This document shows positions 1 through 8,304 of a stretch of 32,000 bases of DNA, piece by piece. A model generated the notes under the pieces. That model made no database searches. It worked only from the letters and a program-made list of their open reading frames with translations, and was not told the origin of the DNA. The position numbers and the translations under genes were made by a program. Position 1 is the stretch's first letter; every line of letters begins with the position of its first letter. This DNA is from Flavobacterium agricola (GTDB lineage Bacteria > Bacteroidota > Bacteroidia > Flavobacteriales > Flavobacteriaceae), in NCBI RefSeq assembly GCF_025919725.1, contig NZ_CP081495.1, positions 2,062,044 to 2,094,043 on the forward strand, read 5' to 3'.

Positions 1-514
1 ATTTCCGGAATTATTTCTGGTAACGTGGCCAATAAATTAAAACACGAAAACATTTGTTACCGTATTAAAGAAAATCCGTTTTTAAAAAATACCATTGGAG
101 CCCAAAAAGCCAGCAAATTTGCTGATTGGGTATTTAAAAATTGGGCCGGAATTGTTTCAAACGCTTGGTTTGGGGTATTTTTAGGTTGTACCGGTACAAT
201 TGGCGTGTTTTTAGGTATTAATATTGACATTCGTCACATTACCTTTGCCAGCGGTAACTTTGCACTTGGTTTGTACGGTAAAGGTTTTGATGCCATGCCT
301 ATATATTTATATTTGGTGTTTATTAGGCGTATTTATTATCGGATTCTTTAACTTTATTGTTAGCTTCTCGTTATCTTTATTTTTAGCGATGCGTTCAAGA
401 AGCATTCCGTTTAGAGAATTTATATTAGTAAATCAGGCTATTTTTGCCCGTTTTAAAAAACATCCGCAAACATTTTTCTTTCCGCCTAAAAACGCTAAAA
501 AAGAATTTTTATAG
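1..514 (+). pseudogene. 3' portion of a polytopic membrane-protein gene entering from upstream of the window, frame-disrupted as sequenced. Family is tentative (reminiscent of membrane proteins annotated as 'site-specific recombinase', PF10136-like).
   Basis: Frame 1 is open from base 1 and stops at 349-351. The frame-2 ORF 224..514 continues the hydrophobic helix pattern (IWCLLGVFIIGFFNFIVSFSLSLFLAMRSR) and ends just before a hairpin terminator. The two ORFs overlap by 128 nt, as expected for a 1-nt indel near 290-320. Confidence 0.45.
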
Positions 515-532
515 AAACCAATTATATCAAAA

Positions 533-554
533 AGCCAACATAAGTTGGCTTTTT
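533..554 (+). terminator. Rho-independent terminator of the upstream membrane-protein gene
   Basis: Stem AGCCAAC (533-539) / GTTGGCT (544-550), loop ATAA, followed by TTTT (551-554). Confidence 0.7.
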
Positions 555-555
555 G

Positions 556-563
556 TAATTTTG
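556..563 (+). promoter_or_regulatory. Candidate Bacteroidota -7 promoter box (TAnnTTTG) for dinB
   Basis: TAATTTTG lies 19 nt upstream of the dinB ATG at 583. No convincing -33 TTTG partner was seen. Confidence 0.3.
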
Positions 564-582
564 TAAAACTTGTTTAACCAAT

Positions 583-1676
583 ATGCTTCGAAAAATAATA
601 CATGTCGATATGGATTCATTTTATGCATCCGTAGAAATACTGGATAATCCGCGTTACGTGGTAAAGCTTTAGCAGTTGGTGGCAATGAAATTCGAGGCGT
701 AATATCAACCGCAAGCTACGAAGCGCGTAAATACGGTGTAAAAAGCGCTATGAGCGGTGCTTTAGCCATAAAGCTTTGTCCGCATTTAATATTTGTTAAA
801 CCAAGGTTTGATCGTTACAAAGAAATTTCAAAAAAAATTAGAAGTATTTTTTTAGAATATACCGATTTGGTAGAACCTTTATCTTTAGATGAAGCGTATT
901 TAGATGTAACAACCAATAAAAAAAATATGAAAAGCGCTACTTTAATGGCGCACCAAATAAGGCTAAAAATATTTGCTGAAACGGGGTTAACTGCATCAGC
1001 AGGCATTTCGGTTAATAAATTTGTAGCTAAAATTGCAAGCGATATAAATAAACCCAACGGACAATTAACCATAAACCCCGAAGAAGTTGAACCATTTTTA
1101 GAAAACTTAGATGTAAAAAAGTTTTATGGAATTGGAAAAAGAACTACCGAAAAAATGTACAATTTGGGTATCTTTACAGGTAAAGATTTAAAATCCAAAC
1201 CTATAACTTTTTTAGAGGAGCATTTTGGAAAAAGTGGAACACAATATTATTATATTGTAAGAGGCATACATAATAGCGAAGTGAAACCAAACAGAACAGT
1301 AAAATCGGTAGGAGCAGAACGTACGTTTGCAGCCAACCTTTCGTCAGAAATTTATTTGCTTGAAAGGTTAGAAAATATTGCTGAGGAAGTAGAAACGCGG
1401 CTTAAAAAAAACAAGTTAGCGGGTAAAACCATTACGTTAAAAATTAAATATTCAACTTTTGCCCAACAAACCCGAAGTAAAACCTTGCCTTATTTTATTT
1501 CTGACAAAAGCTTGTTGTTAGAAATTGCTAAGGAATTGTTGTTTCAGGAAAAGTTACAAGATTCGGTTCGTTTAATCGGTATTTCATTATCATCTTTAAA
1601 TAATGAAAAGAAAAAAGAACCCGAAAAGAAAAAACCCGAAGTGATTCAGCTTAAACTTCCGTTTAAAGATATATAA
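583..1676 (+). pseudogene. dinB: DNA polymerase IV (Y-family, DinB), interrupted by a 1-nt deletion near 652-656
   Basis: ATG at 583 gives MLRKIIHVDMDSFYASVEILDNPR, then a stop at 670-672. Frame 0 from 654 reads LRGKALAVGGNEIRGVISTASYEARKYGVKSAMSG and continues into ORF 750..1676. Y-family motifs are DMDSFYASVE and SLDEAYLDVT. Confidence 0.85.
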
Positions 1677-1680
1677 AATA

Positions 1681-1707
1681 AAAAAAGCAGCTTAAAGCTG
1701 CTTTTTT
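1681..1707. terminator. Bidirectional rho-independent terminator between convergent dinB and the BI-1 gene
   Basis: AAAAAA-GCAGC(T)-TAA-(A)GCTGC-TTTTTT, a stem flanked by an A-run and a T-run. Confidence 0.75.
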
Positions 1708-1720
1708 ATATGTATTGTAG

Positions 1721-2515
1721 TTAGTTACGGCTATTAATTTTTGACAACAAACGTAAAAATTCAATATATAACCAAACCAATGTAATTAGTAAGCCCATTG
1801 CAGCAAACCATTCCATAAACTTCGGTTGTTGTTTAGCTGCGCTATCTTCAATCAAATCAAAATCTAAAAATAAGTTTAAAGCAGCAATAACAATTACAAA
1901 TGCACTAAATCCGATGCTCATTAAAGATGATCCGTGGTGAAACATTTGAAAATTGAATACTAAAGATGCGATAAAACTAATTAAATAATAAGTTGCAATA
2001 GCCAATGTTGCGGCAATAACCACATTTCTAAAAGTTTGGTTTACTTTTACAATTCTAAATTTGTATAAACCCAAACAAACTAAAAAGGTTACAAAAGTTC
2101 CTCCTACCGCTTGAATTACAATTCCTGGATATCTGGCCTCGAAAATAGCTGAAATACCACCAATAAACAAACCTTCAAAAATGGCATAACCTGGTGCTAA
2201 TTTACCAGATAAATGCGGTTTAAAGGCAGCTATTAAAACCAATACAAAACCAACAATTGCTCCTCCAACAGTTAAAACAATTGGGTTATATCCTGAAGCA
2301 GTTAAATACCAAGTTGCAAAAGCACCAACCAACAATAAGGCCAATAAAATAAACGATTTGTTTATTGTGCCCTGAATGGTCATGGTTCCGTTAGTTAAAT
2401 CAATCGTATTGTATCTTTCAACCGTTTGTGATGCGTTAAAATCTGTTACACCACCTTGTTTCTCTTTCGTAAATTTGTCGTTTTTTAAAAACGGATTGTT
2501 CGAATTAAAGTTCAT
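1721..2515 (-). CDS. Bax inhibitor-1/YccA family inner-membrane protein
   Basis: 264 aa with a soluble N-terminal stretch, then about 7 hydrophobic helices and a charged C-terminal tail, as is typical of the BI-1/YccA family. Confidence 0.7.
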   Translation of the reverse strand: MNFNSNNPFLKNDKFTKEKQGGVTDFNASQTVERYNTIDLTNGTMTIQGTINKSFILLALLLVGAFATWYLTASGYNPIVLTVGGAIVGFVLVLIAAFKPHLSGKLAPGYAIFEGLFIGGISAIFEARYPGIVIQAVGGTFVTFLVCLGLYKFRIVKVNQTFRNVVIAATLAIATYYLISFIASLVFNFQMFHHGSSLMSIGFSAFVIVIAALNLFLDFDLIEDSAAKQQPKFMEWFAAMGLLITLVWLYIEFLRLLSKINSRN

Positions 2516-2548
2516 ATTTGGTTTTTCTAATTTTACTAAATATATAAA

Positions 2549-3982
2549 TTATTCTTCTATTTGTGATAAGCGTAATGTATTTACCATACCGCGATTTGCT
2601 ACTGGCATAGCAGCTAAATTTACTAACATATCGCCAGCTTCAACATAACCTTTTTCTTTACAGATGCGGTTAATATCATCAATCGTATCATCAGTACTCC
2701 AAAATTTATCGTAATAAAAAGCAGTTACTCCGTACAACAAGTTTAATTGCGTTAAAATGTGTTTGTTAGAAGTAAAAACTAATGTATGCGCTTTCGGACG
2801 CCAAGCAGAAACCTGAAACGCAGTGTACCCCGAATTGGTTAAGGTAGTAATTGCTTTGGCATCTGTTTCGTTAGCCATTGTTGCTGCATGATGACAAATG
2901 TGCTTAGTAATATAACGCTTGGTTTTAATTTGCACTTGGTTTTGAGGAATTTGAACCAAAGGTGAATCTTCTACGCTATAAATAATTTTTGCCATTGTTT
3001 GAATTACCTGAACTGGATAACTACCAACCGAAGTTTCGCCCGATAGCATTACAGCATCAGCCCCATCCATAACCGAGTTAGCAACGTCGTTTACCTCAGC
3101 TCTTGTTGGAGTTAATGAAGTAATCATAGTTTCCATCATTTGCGTAGCAATAATAACCGGAATACGTGCTGTTTTTGCACGAGCTACTAATTGCTTTTGG
3201 ATTAAAGGCACTTCTTCTGCCGGAATTTCAACACCTAAATCACCACGTGCAACCATTAAACCGTCGCAATATTTAATAATTTCATCAATATTAGCAACTG
3301 CTTCTGGTTTTTCAATTTTAGCTACAATCGGAATTTTATATTCGGCATGTTCTGCAATAATATTTTGTAAATCTTTTAAATCGTCACCCGTACGAACAAA
3401 AGAAAGTGCAATCCAATCTACTTTATTTTCAATAGCAAAAATGGCATCACGCACATCTTTTTCTGTTAAAGCTGGTAATGAAACTTTTGTATTAGGTAAG
3501 TTAACTCCTTTTTTAGATTTTAAAGGACCTCCTTGTACAACAACAGCTTTAACTTCTGTTTCGCGGTCAGTTTCAACTACTTCAAAAATAAGTTTACCGT
3601 CGTCTAATAAAATACGTTCTCCCGGATTTACATCTTTAGGAAATTGCTTGTAGTTCATGTACACGCGCTCAGCAGATCCTAGAATATCTTCAGCTGTTGT
3701 AAATGTAATGTGATCGCCAGGATGAACAAAAACATCTTCTTTCATTACGCCAACGCGTAATTTAGGCCCTTGTAAATCAGCTAAAATAGATGTATTATAT
3801 TCAAATTCTGCAGTTAATTCTCTAATAATATCTATACGTTCTTTAACGTCAGCATAATCAGCATGCGAAAAGTTAATTCTAAAAACATTAACTCCAGCAT
3901 CAATCATTTCTTTTATTGTTTCTCTAGAGCTACATGCTGGTCCTAGCGTAGCAACAATCTTTGTTTTTTTTCTGTAAAGCAT
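2549..3982 (-). CDS. pyk: Pyruvate kinase
   Basis: 477 aa. N-terminal KTKIVATLGPACSS, MVARGDLGVEIP and the SGETSVGSYP motif are present. Confidence 0.95.
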   Translation of the reverse strand: MLYRKKTKIVATLGPACSSRETIKEMIDAGVNVFRINFSHADYADVKERIDIIRELTAEFEYNTSILADLQGPKLRVGVMKEDVFVHPGDHITFTTAEDILGSAERVYMNYKQFPKDVNPGERILLDDGKLIFEVVETDRETEVKAVVVQGGPLKSKKGVNLPNTKVSLPALTEKDVRDAIFAIENKVDWIALSFVRTGDDLKDLQNIIAEHAEYKIPIVAKIEKPEAVANIDEIIKYCDGLMVARGDLGVEIPAEEVPLIQKQLVARAKTARIPVIIATQMMETMITSLTPTRAEVNDVANSVMDGADAVMLSGETSVGSYPVQVIQTMAKIIYSVEDSPLVQIPQNQVQIKTKRYITKHICHHAATMANETDAKAITTLTNSGYTAFQVSAWRPKAHTLVFTSNKHILTQLNLLYGVTAFYYDKFWSTDDTIDDINRICKEKGYVEAGDMLVNLAAMPVANRGMVNTLRLSQIEE

Positions 3983-3983
3983 T

Positions 3984-4466
3984 TTAAAATAGTAGGTTGT
4001 TTATTGATACTAACGTATTTTTATCTAATTCATATATGGCGTCGAGCTCTTTTATTACGTTTAGTTTAGAAATAAATTGCTGAACCGTTTCTGGCAGTAG
4101 CGCTTCTTCAACTTTAATAAAATAATCAACGGTGTCGTATTCTGGAATTAGAACAATATCGCTGTATGTATTTGTTAATACTAAGTTTATATCTGAATCA
4201 ATGCGAGGCTCAGATTCAATTACCGATTTGTTGGCAATTAAGCTCCAAACAATGCGTTCGTTTTTGTCTTCAAATTTAAAAAAATCAAAATTGGTATGGG
4301 TGGCAAATTTTGATAAAGTTAATGGGATTAACTCTTTTTCTAGGTTTAATTGACCGTATTTATTTACTAAATAAGCCAATTTATAATCTTCTAATGAAGT
4401 GTGAAGTGCAATAATATTAAAATCGTCTGATCCAAAATCATCAATATCTAATATGCTTACTGCCAT
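3984..4466 (-). CDS. IPExxxVDY family protein (function unknown)
   Basis: 160 aa, acidic and soluble. It contains the eponymous motif IPEYDTVDY. Its stop lies 1 nt before the pyk start. Confidence 0.7.
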   Translation of the reverse strand: MAVSILDIDDFGSDDFNIIALHTSLEDYKLAYLVNKYGQLNLEKELIPLTLSKFATHTNFDFFKFEDKNERIVWSLIANKSVIESEPRIDSDINLVLTNTYSDIVLIPEYDTVDYFIKVEEALLPETVQQFISKLNVIKELDAIYELDKNTLVSINNLLF

Positions 4467-4546
4467 TGTAATTTTTATTTAAAGATACGATTTATCTTTA
4501 ACTTAATGAAAAGCGGCTAAAGTATTTAACCTTAATTTAATGAGAA

Positions 4547-5296
4547 TTAATGAGATGGCGGTTCTATAATATCTTGTAAAACAAAATAAGCGCGCTTAGA
4601 AGCAATTTCTTCGGCCTTTTTTTTAGAGGTTGCTCGGGCGCGAGCAACAATTTCGTTATCAATTTTTAGCTTTACGCCAAAATATTTTACAGCTTCGTTA
4701 CCGGTATCTTCAAAAACCTCGTAAAAAAAAGATTTTTTTTGTTTCTGACACCATTCTATCAACAAGCTTTTGTAGCTAATAATTTTTCCTTCAAGCTTTT
4801 CAATATCTACATAAGGAACAATAACTTTTTCTTGAATAAAAGTTTTACAACGTTGGTAACCTAAATCAAGGTAAATAGCACCAACAAGGGCTTCGAACAA
4901 ATTACCGTGAATATTTTCACTAAACTGCGAAGCTACAACTTTACTTTTAACATGATCTACCAAATGCAAAGATTTACCTAATGCATTTAAGTTTTCGCGG
5001 CTAACAATTTTAGAGCGCATTTTTGTTAAATAACCTTCATCTCCGGTAGGAACGGTTTCAAAAAGATGTGCTGCTATAATTAAGCCCAACATGGCATCTC
5101 CAAGAAATTCTAAACGTTCGTAATTATGCGCACGACCATTTTCATCGATTTTATTCATTGATCGATGGGTAAAGGCACGCTTATAAATCTCTAAATTAAT
5201 AGGATTGTCATTAATTATCTCCGTTATGGTTTTCAAAAAAATCCCGTCCTCAGGAGTACGGGATTTATTTAAAAACAATTTCTTGAAAATATTCAT
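4547..5296 (-). CDS. rnc: Ribonuclease III
   Basis: 249 aa with the RNase III signature ERLEFLGDAMLG and a C-terminal dsRBD-like region (KKKAEEIASKRA). It lies directly downstream of fabF. Confidence 0.93.
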   Translation of the reverse strand: MNIFKKLFLNKSRTPEDGIFLKTITEIINDNPINLEIYKRAFTHRSMNKIDENGRAHNYERLEFLGDAMLGLIIAAHLFETVPTGDEGYLTKMRSKIVSRENLNALGKSLHLVDHVKSKVVASQFSENIHGNLFEALVGAIYLDLGYQRCKTFIQEKVIVPYVDIEKLEGKIISYKSLLIEWCQKQKKSFFYEVFEDTGNEAVKYFGVKLKIDNEIVARARATSKKKAEEIASKRAYFVLQDIIEPPSH

Positions 5297-5308
5297 GAAA
5301 TAATATTT

Positions 5309-6561
5309 CTATTTTTCGAATTTTTTAACCAAAACACAAGCATTGTGCCCCCCAAAACCGAATGTATTGCTAATTGCAACTTTAACATCGCGTTTTTGTG
5401 CCTCGTTAAACGTAAAGTTTAATTTCGGATCAATGTTCTCATCATCTGTAAAGTGATTAATGGTTGGCGGAACAATTCCGTTTTGAATAGCTAAAATACA
5501 TGAAATTGCTTCAACCGCTCCAGTTGCACCTAATAAATGCCCGGTCATAGATTTTGTTGAGTTGATATTCATGTTATAAGCATGCTCGCCAAAAACAGCT
5601 AAAATAGCTTTAGATTCTGCAATATCTCCTAATGGAGTAGATGTTCCGTGCATGTTAACTAAATCCACATCTTCTGGTTGTAAACCAGCATCACGTAAAC
5701 AATTAATCATTACATTTTTAGCGCCTAATCCTTCTGGGTGAGGTGCAGTAATATGGTGCGCATCAGCTGACATACCGCCTCCGCCAATTTCACAATAAAT
5801 TTTAGCACCACGAGCAACAGCGTGTTCGTATTCTTCTAAAACCAAAGCACCAGCTCCTTCTCCTAAAACAAATCCGTCACGGTCTTTATCCATTGGGCGC
5901 GATGCCGTTTTAGGATCGTCGTTACGTGTAGATAAGGCATGCATAGCATTAAAACCACCCATTCCTGCAATTGTAACTGCTGCTTCAGAACCTCCGGTTA
6001 AAATAACATCTGCTTGTCCTAAACGGATGTAGTTAAATGCATCAATAATTGCATTTGTAGAAGATGCACAAGCCGAAACTGTTGTAAAGTTAGGCCGCGT
6101 AATCCGTATTTCATTGAAATTAAACCACCTGCAATATCAGCAATCATTTTAGGGATAAAGAAAGGATTGAATTTTGGTGTACCATTTCCTTCGTTAAAGG
6201 CAGTAACCTCGTCCTGAAACGTTTGTAAACCACCAATTCCTGAACCCCAAATAACACCGGCACGGTCTAAATCAATTTTTTCTAAATCAAAGTTTGCATC
6301 GGTCATTGCTTCTGAGGCAGAAACCATAGCCAATTGTGCATAGCGGTCCATTTTACGTGCTTCTTTTCGGTCAATAAAATCTTCAGCTTTAAAGTTTTTA
6401 ACCTCGCAAGCAAATTTTGTTTTAAAATTTGTAGCGTCAAAAAGCGTAATTGGGGCTGCACCACTTACTCCGTTTATTAATCCGTTCCAGAATTCTTGAA
6501 TATTATTTCCAATCGGAGTTAATGCTCCAAGACCTGTAACTACAACTCTTCTCAATTTCAT
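5309..6561 (-). pseudogene. fabF: Beta-ketoacyl-ACP synthase II, interrupted by a 1-nt deletion at 6093-6096
   Basis: The start MKLRRVVVTGLGALTPIG is at 6561; the track's 6612 start is an unlikely extension. Minus-strand CGC GGC CTA ACT reads GLRGLTLQQ and then stops. Adding one C gives [24 protein letters not shown], which carries the active-site Cys and joins ORF 5309..5962 ([17 protein letters not shown]). Confidence 0.9.
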
Positions 6562-6688
6562 AATTTGTAAAGGTATATTCCAAACAAAAAACCCATGTAT
6601 AATCGTTGGCAATCATCATGGGAATGTTATTTATATTAATGACTTGTAATATCTACTAAAATAATAAAAGATAGTTAAAAATAATAAC

Positions 6689-6718
6689 ATCCATGCGATG
6701 ATTTCGCATCGCATGGAT
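6689..6718 (-). terminator. Strong hairpin just downstream of acpP, a probable terminator or attenuator between acpP and fabF
   Basis: Perfect 12-bp stem ATCCATGCGATG / CATCGCATGGAT with a 6-nt loop, followed on the minus strand by a U-rich stretch (GTTATTATTTTT). Confidence 0.65.
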
Positions 6719-6726
6719 TGAGGTTA

Positions 6727-6963
6727 TTATTTTTTAGCTTCTTCGATGTAAGAAATAGCTTGACCAACTGTAGCAATGTTTTCTGCTTGATCGTCTGGAA
6801 TTTGAATATCAAATTCTTTTTCGAATTCCATGATAAGCTCAACAGTGTCTAATGAATCAGCCCCTAAATCGTTAGTGAAACTTGCTTCAGCAACAACTTC
6901 GTTTTCGTCAACTCCTAATTTGTCAACGATAATAGCTTTTACTCTTGATGCAATGTCTGACAT
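6727..6963 (-). CDS. acpP: Acyl carrier protein
   Basis: 78 aa with the phosphopantetheine attachment motif [16 protein letters not shown]. Confidence 0.97.
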   Translation of the reverse strand: MSDIASRVKAIIVDKLGVDENEVVAEASFTNDLGADSLDTVELIMEFEKEFDIQIPDDQAENIATVGQAISYIEEAKK

Positions 6964-6992
6964 AATCTTTTAATTTTAAATTTAATTTGTGG

Positions 6993-7000
6993 CAAAAATA
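6993..7000 (-). promoter_or_regulatory. Candidate -7 box (TATTTTTG on the minus strand) for acpP
   Basis: Matches TAnnTTTG and lies 29 nt upstream of the acpP ATG (6963). Confidence 0.3.
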
Positions 7001-7161
7001 AAAAACTTTATCTTAATACCACATGAATTGTTTGATAAATAGTCGGAGCTAAGATAAAAATTAATTTTAAATGTAACGATAATTTTTATCATTTCTATTT
7101 TTTTATGCTTTTCTTTGTACTTGTTAACCTAAGTATTTATAAGGCTTTATATCTATTTTAT

Positions 7162-7725
7162 ATGAAAAACATAATCATTTTCGCATCAGGTAATGGAAGC
7201 AATGCAGAACAAATAATTTCGCATTTAAACCAAACAAAAACAGCAAAAGTTGATGCAATTTTAACAAATAAAGCAAATGCGGGGGTACTTGAGCGTGCAA
7301 AAAGGCATCAAATTCCATCACATATTTTCTCAAAAACAGATTTAGAGAGCGGAAAAGTTTTAGAAATAGTAAATCAGTACAAACCCGATTTAATTGTTTT
7401 GGCTGGTTTTTTACTAAAATTTCCAGAACATATAATTAACGTATATCCAAACCAAGTAATAAATATACATCCAGCCTTGTTACCTAACTACGGAGGTAAA
7501 GGCATGTACGGCATGCACGTACATGATGCTGTTTTAGCAAATAAAGAATCGTACACGGGCATTACCATTCATTACGTGAACGAAAACTACGACGAAGGTG
7601 CAATTATTAAACAAGAAAAAGTTTTTGTAGGCGATTGTACCACGGCTGATGAAATTGCAACACGCATTCATCAACTCGAATACGAACATTTTCCAACAAC
7701 TATAAACAAGCTATTAAGTGAGTAA
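7162..7725 (+). CDS. purN: Phosphoribosylglycinamide formyltransferase
   Basis: MKNIIIFASGNGSNAEQII, NIHPALLP and GITIHYVNENYDEGAII are present. The ATG at 7162 is preferred over the track's 7105, which would add a hydrophobic non-homologous leader. Confidence 0.9.
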   Translation: MKNIIIFASGNGSNAEQIISHLNQTKTAKVDAILTNKANAGVLERAKRHQIPSHIFSKTDLESGKVLEIVNQYKPDLIVLAGFLLKFPEHIINVYPNQVINIHPALLPNYGGKGMYGMHVHDAVLANKESYTGITIHYVNENYDEGAIIKQEKVFVGDCTTADEIATRIHQLEYEHFPTTINKLLSE

Positions 7726-8196
7726 TCCACAAATAATTATTTATACCGACGGATCTTCTCGAGGAAACCCGGGGCCGGGCGGTTACGGTGTTATTTTAGA
7801 GTTAGTAGGTACCAGCTACAATAAATCGTTCGCAGAAGGTTTTCGGTTAACCACCAACAACCGCATGGAATTATTAGCTGTAATTGTTGGACTAGAAAAA
7901 ATTACCAAACCCAAACAAAACATATTGGTTGTTTCTGACTCTAAATATGTGGTGGATGCTGTAGAAAAAGGTTGGGTTTTTGGTTGGGAGAAAAAAGATT
8001 TTAAAGATAAAAAAATCCGGACTTATGGCAACGCTTTTTACACGTTTACAGACAACATCAGGTTAAGTTTAAATGGATAAAAGGGCATAACAACCACCCG
8101 CAAAATGAGTATTGTGATAAAATTGCGGTAGAAGCTGCTTTAAGATCAAATTTAAAACCCGATGTTTGGTACGAACAAAACGAAGCTAAAAATTAA
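7718..8196 (+). pseudogene. rnhA: Ribonuclease HI, interrupted by a 1-nt deletion in an A-run (8009-8015)
   Basis: The GTG start overlaps the purN stop. IYTDGSSRGNPGPGGYG, NNRMELLA and SDSKYV are in frame. After GAT AAA AAA A the frame is lost. Adding one A gives [42 protein letters not shown], ending at the TAA at 8194-8196. Confidence 0.88.
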
Positions 8197-8249
8197 CTTT
8201 TTAAACCTGTTTTTTTAACATCATTAGCGCCTCAACTTAAATAAAATAC

Positions 8250-8280
8250 TTTGAGCAAATAATAAAAAGCTATATCTTTG
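8250..8280 (+). promoter_or_regulatory. Bacteroidota-type promoter for the PfkB kinase gene (-33 TTTG, 19-nt spacer, -7 TATCTTTG)
   Basis: TTTG at 8250-8253 and TATCTTTG at 8273-8280, 24 nt upstream of the ATG at 8305. Confidence 0.5.
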
Positions 8281-8304
8281 CGTCTTATTTTCATGTAAAT
8301 TAAA

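Noticed and set aside
815-1072. Short antisense ORFs inside well-supported genes. Besides this one, they are 2376..2648, 3441..3653, 4132..4353, 11543..11824, 11849..12034, 12266..12517, 13483..13680, 14302..14583, 15518..15820, 15582..15767, 16516..16710, 17009..17197, 21640..21918, 22078..22359, 24138..24377, 26840..27115, 29673..29948 and 30402..30623
   Set aside because: All are nested within, or largely overlap, longer ORFs that carry clear family motifs on the opposite strand. None has an independent signal.
6592-6622. CCCATG...CATGGG 6-bp inverted repeat just upstream of the fabF start
   Set aside because: The stem is only 6 bp with a 19-nt loop. It lies within the untranslated leader, is not extendable, and is compatible with chance.
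7007-7058. A 9-bp inverted repeat, TTTATCTTA (7007-7015) and TAAGATAAA (7050-7058), in the acpP/purN divergent region
   Set aside because: The arms are almost entirely A/T and are separated by 34 nt. By my rough estimate, about one such match is expected by chance in an intergenic region of this composition. It fits neither an obvious transcript nor a known regulator.
7105-7161. Upstream extensions offered by the ORF track: purN from 7105, fabF from 6612, the nucleotidyltransferase from 15756 and padR from 30036
   Set aside because: In each case the extension adds non-homologous sequence ahead of a Met that begins the conserved N-terminus (MKNIIIFASGNG, MKLRRVVVTGLG, MRIIVPMAGRGS, MSKASLYKGSL). 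The 15756 start would also overlap dut by about 95 nt.
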